From an uncultured bacterium (GTDB lineage: Bacteria; Zixibacteria; MSB-5A5; CAIYYT01), in NCBI GenBank assembly GCA_963726455.1, contig CAVSCK010000004.1:1834641-1898640 (forward strand): a DNA stretch of 64,000 nt. The letters run 5' to 3'. The position numbers and the translations under genes were made by a program. Under the pieces are notes generated by a model. It had not been told where the DNA came from and did not search any database. It saw nothing but the letters and a program-made list of their open reading frames with translations. Positions 10,808 through 19,500 of this stretch are shown here, piece after piece. Position 1 is the stretch's first letter, and each line of letters starts with the position of its first letter.

Positions 10808-13800
10808 ATGAAACGAGCGCTAACACTTTCGCTTCTTGTCTGTGTTTGGGCGTTCACGGCATCGACGGCATTGGCAGTGTCGCCGCCGGTAGCCCAATGC
10901 CAAAATGTAACTGTTGAAGCCGACGCCAACTGCTCTGCTTCAGCGAGCGTTGACAATGGCTCATATGATCCCGAAGGCGGCGCTCTGACTATCACTCAGG
11001 AGCCGGCGGGACCCTATGCTCTCGGTCAAACCTCAGTCAAGCTGGTAGTAGTTGCTGCCAGCGGCCTTGCTGATACTTGCGAAGCCGTCGTTACCGTGAA
11101 TGACACCACCCCTCCGACTGTAACCTGCCCGGCTGACATCCTTGTCGGCAACGATCCCGGAGAATGCGGAGCGAGTGTCAGCTACCAGATTTCAGCAACC
11201 GACAATTGTTCGATTTCCAGCCCTCTTGGTAAGCAAGCCGCGTCCTTCTATCCAGTCGGCACGACCATAATCACTCCGGTTGTAACCGATGGTTCCGGAA
11301 ATGAAGGCACCTGTTCATTCAAGGTCACGGTCAAGGATACTGAGCTGCCGAAGGTAATCTGTCCGGCAAATATCGAGCAGGGCAATGATCCCGGTATGTG
11401 CGGCGCTGTTGTCAACTTCAATGCAGAAGCCACCGATAACTGCCCGGGCGTGAAAGTCACAACTAATCCTGTTTCCGGTTCGACGTTCCCCCTTGGAGCC
11501 ACAACTGTTTGGGCCTTCGCCACCGATGCATCTGGCAACAAGGATAGCTGCTCGTTCACGGTCACAATAAACGACACCCAGAAACCGGCGGTTGCCTGTC
11601 CGGCGCCGATTATTGTCGGCAATGATCCGGGTCAATGCGCTGCCATCGTTAACTACGATGTTACAGCAACCGACAACTGTGACCCGAATCCCATTGTCGT
11701 CTTGTCCGTACCTTCCGGATCGCTCTGGCCGGTCGGCACTCATGATGTGACGGCAATTGCCACCGATGCCGCCGGGAATGCTGACACCTGCCACTTTACG
11801 GTTCAGGTCAACGACACCGAGAAACCGCACGTCACGTGCCCTCCTGATATGCCCACGCATAATGATCCCGGTCAGTGTGGCGCGTTTGTCACTTTCGATG
11901 TTACCGGCCTTGATAACTGTGCATTTGACAATCAGAATATCGTCGTGACGCCGCCGTCGGGATCATTCTTCCCGATCGGTCCGACGCAGGTGACGGCTAT
12001 CGGCACCGACCTTGCAGGTAACGCCGACACTTGCAGCTTCATGGTCACAGTCAGTGACACCACCAAACCCCATATTGATCATATCACTGATATCGTGAAA
12101 AACAACGATCCGGGACAATGCGGCGCTGTCGTTTCTTTCGACCATAACGCCATCGACAATTGCCCAGTCGGACTGGTCGTGGTCGCCACACCTCAATCGG
12201 GATCCTTCTTCGCTGTTGGGCCAAGTCAGGTGATTATCACCGCGACCGACGCATCCGGCAACGCCGACACCATATACTTCAATGTTACAGTCAACGATGT
12301 TGAAAAGCCCGTGGTTACCTGCCCGGCAAACATCGTCGTCGAAGTGGGCGCGAACGACACCGGTTCAGTCGTCAATTTTGACGTCCCGGCAACGGACAAC
12401 TGTCCCGGCCTGCAGGTGATAACGACTCCATTGTCGGGTTCGTTCTTCCGACTCGGTGTGACTCCGGTGAAGACGTACGCCATTGACGCACATGCGTTGG
12501 TAGACTCGTGCGAATTCCTCGTTGAAGTGAAGAAGGCGCTCAATCCCGGATTACGCGATTGACGCCCATCCTGACACGCTGTTTGCTACCGAAGGAATTT
12601 CGGATTCGATCCTGTATTTCATCGATTTGACTTCGATTGATGGTTTCAGTTTCCCGGTCGATTTGTTCTTCTCGGGTGCGCCGACGGGAGTGGTGCTCAA
12701 TCTGGGAACGGCGTCGTTGACGCCTCCGGGAGCGACGACACTGGGCGGACATACGGGTGTGAATACTCCGGCGGGTACATACGAGATCACGATATCCGCA
12801 GTGTGGCCGGCGAAGGCGGGGCAACATGATACCAAGGTTTACCTTGTTGTGAATCCATGCACGGAGACACCGATCCCGACCGTGAGTCAGGAGGTTTTCG
12901 ATGTCCAGGTGACTGAAGGACAGAATCTTCCCGATGATTCCGTTTGGATCACCAACAGCGCACTCTGCGGAACACTGTCCTGGCAAGCATCATCGGATGC
13001 CGGGTGGCTCGCGCCTGATCCGATCAATGGCCAAGTGGTTGCAGGTAATACTCCGGGCTCGAAGATGATGTTGAAGTACAACACCTCCACATTATCGCCG
13101 GCGATCTACGTTGCCCACGTGACTGTTATCGCCGACAAGAAGACGCCGGGCGCCGTCGTTACGGTAACTTTGCACGTAAGTCCGCTGCCGCCAACGGCCT
13201 GTGTGTCAGGCACAATCCAGGATACGAATCACAATACAATCGCGGGCGCCACTGTCGAACTCTATCTTTCCTATCCTTTCATAGATTTCCCGATCGAAGC
13301 AACGACTTCCGCCTCCGACGGTTCGTACGAGTTGTGCTTGCCTCCGGAGAAACCGGCCGCCTTTTATGTGCGGGCTCACAAACCCGGTTACTATCCTGCC
13401 TACACCGGGACCGGCCTTCCCGCCACTGACGTAATACTGACACTGCTTCCCAACGGTGGCACCGTCAGACCGACGTACCAGTGGGTAGATCTCTTCTGTA
13501 AGTTCAACGCACTATTCGACGGTGTTCCGGTGCCTCCCGGCAGTGTCATTGAGGCCTTCGATCCACAGGGCGTCTTGTGCGGCCAGTGGAACGTGACTCA
13601 GCATGGCACTTTCGGATTTATGCCGGTCTATCGCGATGATCAGTATACTCCGGCTATCGACGAGGGCTGTGACCCCGGCGACCTGATCAGGGTAAAGGTA
13701 GACGGACATCTGGTTGCTTCTGTCGCTGACCCCATTCACTGGGGCGAAAATGGTGACCGTTACGAATACTGTTTCGACACGCCTCCGCCCATTCCGACCT

Positions 13801-14964
13801 GTATCGTGCTCAAGCAGGGCTGGAATCTGGTTTCCTGGAATCTCGACACACCGAATGATAGTATCATGATCCTGGCCAAGGACGTGATGAACAACGTCGA
13901 CGTCATCCTTGGTTTTGAGCAGGGTGGCTTGACCTATGATCCGATGCTGCCGCAATTCTCTAGTCTGCTTTACGTCGACCATCTTCATGGTTTCTGGTTC
14001 CGCATGAATGCCGAGGATACCCTGTGCGTTGACGGCCCGATGGTGGCCGCGTCCACACCGATTAACCTCGAAAAGAACTGGAATCTGGTCAGCTATCTTC
14101 CGACCGTTCCCTACTGCGGTTCCGGTCGCGTTGAATTCCATCTGGAACAAGGTCATTGTCGTGCTTGGCTACGATCAAGCGGCACAGACCTACGATCCGG
14201 CATTTCCGCAGTTGGCTACTTTGCTGGAAATGAACAGGTGGTTCGGTTATTGGATCAAGACCACCGACGCGGCGACATTGATCTATCCCGAACCGGGCCC
14301 GACCTTCGCTAAGACCGTCAGCGACATTTCTGGCACCGGCATTAACAGCCGCGTGGCGATCTCAAATAGCTGGGTCAATCTCTACGGTTCGGGCGCCACG
14401 CTGAACGGTGACATCCTCCCGGTCGGAGCCGTGATCGAGGCCTTCGACGCCACCGGTACGCTGGTTGGCGAGACTGTGGTTCGCTCTGCCGGTAAGTTCG
14501 GCTTCATGCCGGTCTATGGCGCCGAAACAGTGAACGGTGATGTTGTTGGCAAATCCGCTGGCAGCACCATCACGCTGAAGGTCAACGGCGAAGCGGCACA
14601 GGAAACAGTCACCTGGTCGCAAAACGGTGATCGCATTCGCATCGACAGGTTGACCACGTCGTCCAAGAATGCGAGCAGTCTGCCGACTACTTTCACGTTG
14701 AATCAGAACTATCCGAATCCGTTCAACCCTGAGACCACCATCGACTACTACGTCGCCCAGGGCAGCCACGTGGAGTTGGCAATCTACAACCTTCTCGGTG
14801 ACAAGATCAAGACCCTGGTCAGCGGTTACCAAGCGGCAGGCAACTATTCAATCAAGTGGCGTGCCGATTCCGACGATGGTTCGCTGGTTGCTTCGGGCGT
14901 GTACTTCTACAAGTTGACGGCCGGTGATTATACCGATTCGAAGAAAATGACCTTGATGAAGTAG
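10808..14964 (+). CDS. Large secreted HYR-repeat protein (~1384 aa) with BACON/Ig-like and carboxypeptidase-regulatory-like domains and a FlgD-Ig/T9SS-type C-terminal tail; frameshifted at ~12546 and ~14110
   Basis: GGAGG RBS and signal peptide. Six TVxDxxxPxxxCP...ATDNC HYR units. Removing one C from CCC at 12545-47 and at 14109-11 fuses three ORFs (..NPDYAIDAHPD.., ..YLPTVPTAVPV..). Ends QNYPNPFNPETTI...KKMTLMK. Confidence 0.82.
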
Positions 14965-14983
14965 AAACTCTGATTCTGCTAGA

Positions 14984-15018
14984 GAAAAGGCCGGCAGTTC
15001 GTAACCGTCGGCCTTTTC
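14984..15018. terminator. Bidirectional rho-independent terminator
   Basis: GAAAAGGCCGGC-loop-GTCGGCCTTTTC between convergent genes. Confidence 0.75.
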
Positions 15019-15042
15019 ATTTCGAAGAGCAAACGTAGTGTG

Positions 15043-15748
15043 CTACGGATAACACGGCCCGCAGGGTGCCGGACCGCCTGAGAAAATATAGGCGATCAGG
15101 TACACACAGTCGCTGATGTCGGTGAAATCATCGCAGTTCACGTCACCGGATAGGGGTGCCGGAATCGGTGCGGGTCCTTCGCTGAAGATCCATTGGATGA
15201 TGTACACCACATCGGAGATATCAATCGCATCATCCGCGTTGACATCACCTTTGAACTGGCAGACTCTTGCCCATCCATCCTGCCGGTCATAGATCAGAAC
15301 GTTGTTGTTCTCGTCGCGCGCCCGGATCGGCGCCACGAGAATTTGGCTTTCTCCCAAAGCCACCGGACGAAACCTGATGGTCGCTAAGACTCCCGCCGCC
15401 GGATACACTATGGCCGTCGCCGAGCACGGCGCCGTCAATGTACAGCATTCCCGAATCGGGCGAGAAACTCGTCCAGAAGAATGTCGGCAGTCCGGCGGTC
15501 GCCAACAGTGGTCCCTCTGTGATTCGCGACGTATCGGTACGAATCACCGTCGGATCGAAACTCACCACCAGCGAAAACGCCTTGAGATGCGTCGAATTAG
15601 GACTGACCTCAAGCGTCACGACGACGGAGCTGTCGAATTTGATGCAGGTCGAGTCAGGGGTGACCGAGATAGTCGGATTTGCAGCCCACGAACTGCCACC
15701 GCCAAGGATCAAGAGTGAGACCAGAGCTATGGCAAAGTATCTTATCAC
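15043..15748 (-). CDS. Secreted cohesin + dockerin protein (~234 aa), frameshifted at ~15393
   Basis: GTG start with AAAGGAG RBS and signal peptide. Cohesin-like LKAFSLVVSFDPTVI...G.G.LATIRF. Dockerin GDVNADDAIDISDVVYIIQWIF/GDVNCDDFTDISD. Removing one G from GGG joins ORFs 15287-15748 and 15043-15438. Confidence 0.8.
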
Positions 15749-15763
15749 ACGACTCCTTTCTAC

Positions 15764-16507
15764 TCAAAGGCAGGGGTTGCAGGGTGACGGCCCGCCTCCA
15801 AAAATGTAACTGATCAGGTAAACAGCATCGGAGATGTCAATATTGCCGGTACAATCGGCATCGCCCGCCAACACGATGGGAAAGGGCGCCGGTCCGCCCC
15901 CGAAAATATACTGGATCAGATAAACCACATCCGAAATGTCAATGCCGCCGCTAAAATCGGCGTCGCCAAAGGTGTAATTCGTCGGACAGACTATGACCAG
16001 ACCGCTGAGCGAGTCCGTCAGCGCCATCTTGCCGTCGTACCGGTCGCGCATTTCGACGTAGCGAAAGACCACGGGTGACGCACCGTGCCCCATCGCAACG
16101 AACTTCATCCTGACCAGACGACCCGGACCGTTAACGTAGGTCTGATACCCGTATATCGATCCCAGCATCTCGAAAGCATATCTTTCGCCGATAACGGGAA
16201 AGGTCCGAACCGTATCCTTCCAGAAAAAGAAGGCGCCGCTCGGGCCGGTAAAGAAACTCTCCCGATTGGCGCTGATCATCTTGATGACGTTGGTATCTAC
16301 CTCAACGTCGACCAGGAATGACTTGACAAACTTCACGGTATCGATGGCAACGAACAAATCGAATGTGTCATTAAGCTGAACGATCTTTACTTCGGGGGAA
16401 ATTAATACATGACCCGTGCTGTCTTGTCCCCATGCCGGAAGCGCAGCGCTTAGTGATAACATCACGAGACATATCACCAGCACCTGCGCAACATATTTGA
16501 TTTTCAT
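15764..16507 (-). CDS. Secreted cohesin + dockerin protein
   Basis: Signal peptide. Cohesin-like DTFDLFVAID...VKSFLVDVEVDTNVI...GPGRLVRMKF. Duplicated dockerin GDADFSGGIDISD/GDADCTGNIDISD. Confidence 0.82.
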   Translation of the reverse strand: MKIKYVAQVLVICLVMLSLSAALPAWGQDSTGHVLISPEVKIVQLNDTFDLFVAIDTVKFVKSFLVDVEVDTNVIKMISANRESFFTGPSGAFFFWKDTVRTFPVIGERYAFEMLGSIYGYQTYVNGPGRLVRMKFVAMGHGASPVVFRYVEMRDRYDGKMALTDSLSGLVIVCPTNYTFGDADFSGGIDISDVVYLIQYIFGGGPAPFPIVLAGDADCTGNIDISDAVYLISYIFGGGPSPCNPCL

Positions 16508-16565
16508 TGGGTCATTTCCTTGGGAATCCGGAAGGGCATTACCCCTCCCGGATCCCCCGCAAAAA

Positions 16566-19500
16566 CTACTTCATAAGAGTCATCTTGACGGTCTTCTGGT
16601 AGTCCGAAGTCTCGAACCTGTAGAAGTAAATACCGGAAGCGACTTTCTCACCATATGTGTTGGTGCCGTTCCAGACTACGCGGTGCATACCCGCCGGCTG
16701 GTACTCGTTCACCAATTCCTTGACTAGCTGTCCAACCACGTTGTAAATGCGGATGCTGACGTCAGTAGCCGTCGGCAGTCCGTAGTTGATGGCGGTTTCC
16801 GGGTTGAACGGATTCGGTTGATTTTGCGCAACCTCGTACGTCGCCGGAAGATCTACCATCGCTGTCGCATCGTGATTAGGAAATGGCACATCCGTCGACA
16901 ACAGGAACTTGTTGTCCTTGTCGCGGATATCGGCTCTGGTCATCGCCACTTCCACCTTGCCGGAAACCAGCGGGCGGAAGTTCAATGTGGCAATCAAACC
17001 GGAACCGTCGAATGTGCGTCCCGCGCCGAGAACCGCAGTCGACACCGATACCTTGCCGGCGGAACTGAGTTCTTTGAAGAAGATCGGCGAGGTCGAATTT
17101 GCCAGATCAGCACTCTCGGTAGTCGAGAGATACTGCAACCTGTCGGCGCTGAAGCTGATTTCTCCAATCAACGCCTTCGCCAGATTGTCGCGGTTATCGA
17201 GATACAGGTCGACCTGGAATGTGTTGCCGACCATTCTCTCAATCAACCGCAGCGCCGGCTTCAGCTCTATCGGTGTGCCGGTCAGGATAGGACGATCCTT
17301 GGCCGACGGCGTGACGGCGTCGAAGTTGATGGCAAATATCGCCAGATCTTCAAATTCGACTCGGCTATCAGTTAGCGGAATTCCTTTGGGACTGTAGTTA
17401 TGCGTAGGCCCAAAATCCGCCTCGTTGTTGTAACCGGCATCGCCTTGATTAAGGCCATAAGTCGACGAGAAGGTCATGAGATCGGTAAAATACACCTGGC
17501 CGTCATAGGCAGTGGCGACATCGCCAAGCCAGTACGACGTTGATCTCGCGCCGTTAGACGGCACCGAGAAATTGCCGGCCTTGTCAATTGTGAAGGCCGC
17601 ATAATGGTAAACGTCTCTGGTGTCGTTGCTCACGTCAAGAACATCGGCATGAGTCACACCGGTACCACTGTAGACTTCATCACCAGTCAGCGGAGTCGTC
17701 GGATACGGACCTTCCGCGTTGGCATCATCGTACTCGGGATATCCGTGTCCGCCCGCATACCAGTCAGTGCGCATGATCACGGCGTGATCGAAGTCGCTAC
17801 TGGCGTTCGTCCAACTCAGATTGACCTTGTTGTGGCCCGGCGTCGCAACCAAACTGGTCGGCGCTGCCGGTGGCGTGATATCCTTCGTGAAGCACCAAGT
17901 GTAGGTGCATGAGTCGGCATTGCCACGACCGTTGTCGTCCATCACCTTGAGGCGAACACAATGCTCGGCCTCAGACATCCCGTCAAACCCCGGAACCGTC
18001 CATACTGTGTTGTAGGTAGTTCCAGTCAGACCACTGGCGATCGGCAACCAATTGGCTGCCACGCAACCGTCGATCTGATAATACAACGCCGAAAGATCGC
18101 AATCGTCCGTAGCCGTCAGATTGAGCACCGGAGCGACATTGAAGAATCCGTTGTTCGCCGGTGAGCTCACGACCACATCCGGATCGGCACAGTCGGCGAC
18201 GAACGTCGTCGGTGACGCCAGAGGAGCCGGAATCTGATTGTTGGCGCCATCGCGCAGATCGCCATAGATCATAGCCAACTGATTGGCCGCGCAGACAGAG
18301 GTTGAACCGTTCATCGTAATCGTGAACAGGTCTGCCGGACCATCTTGCGAACCTGTGAGTACTCCCAGATTGACCTTGAGAGTATCCTTCTCGCCCGCCG
18401 CATGATTAGTTTGCGTGAAGGCCACGAAATAATTGGATGATGCGCTGACTACGTCGACGACATTCAACTCCGCTGGATATTCAATATGAATATTCGCGGC
18501 CTCCAGATCAGTCACGGCTGCGCCAAGCGCGACCGTTACCGTGAAGTCGCCGGAGCAATGATATAGAATGTTGTCGGGCGTCATGTTGAGGCCACAATCG
18601 CTCGACGGGTTGTTGTCGACGTTCCCTCCGCCACCACCGATGTTATATGGCGGGATGCCGTTATAATCGCTGTAGCAATTGTTGGCGTAGTAGTTGCCTG
18701 CTGTTAAGTCAGAAGCGTTCGTGCCGTTGGCAAAAACATTATACTGGGCGGAAACATATCCACCTTCGTTGTACATGCCCGTGCCGTTGAAAAGCATCGT
18801 GTTCGAAGTGACGTTCGATGTCAGCGTCGCACCCGATTCCTCCCACAACACCAGACCTACTTCGAAGTTGGTCAGGCGGTTGCCGGTGGCAGAGAAGTTC
18901 AGCACTTCTGGGGCGTACGCATCGGCTTCGAGCCCGTAGCCGCCGCCACCGCCATCAAGGATATTGTTGGACGCCAAAGTCGTGATCGACATCGGCGACA
19001 GCACTGTGTTCGAACCGGCGCTCTTGGCTGCCAGATCAACGTCGAACGGTTGTGCCTTCGGCTGACGTCCCGGACCTTGGCCCGGATCGGCCACGATATT
19101 CCAATAGCTGGTAATACCGGTTCCTGCCGGGGTCGCGGTCACGGTGTTCTGGTCAATTGTGCCGCCAACCTGCAGGTAATTGATACCGATTTGGCATTCT
19201 TCAATCAGGTTGGACCGTACGAGAATGCCGCCGGTGATCGGGGGATCGTTGTACAACAGGACACCCGCCGATGACCAGCCTGGCCCGGTGTAGGAACAGC
19301 CAGAGATCTGGTTGTTTACCACAGTACCAAGCGTACCGAAACCAAGTTGCACACCGTTCATGGCGATAAACCCGGCCGGGCCGTAGCCATCGATGTTGCA
19401 GCCGGCCACGTTACCGGTTGTGTAGGCGCCGTTGATCGTGATGCCGCCTTTTTGGAATCCGTAGACATGAGAGGCGTTCACGTTCACTATGCGTTGCGGC

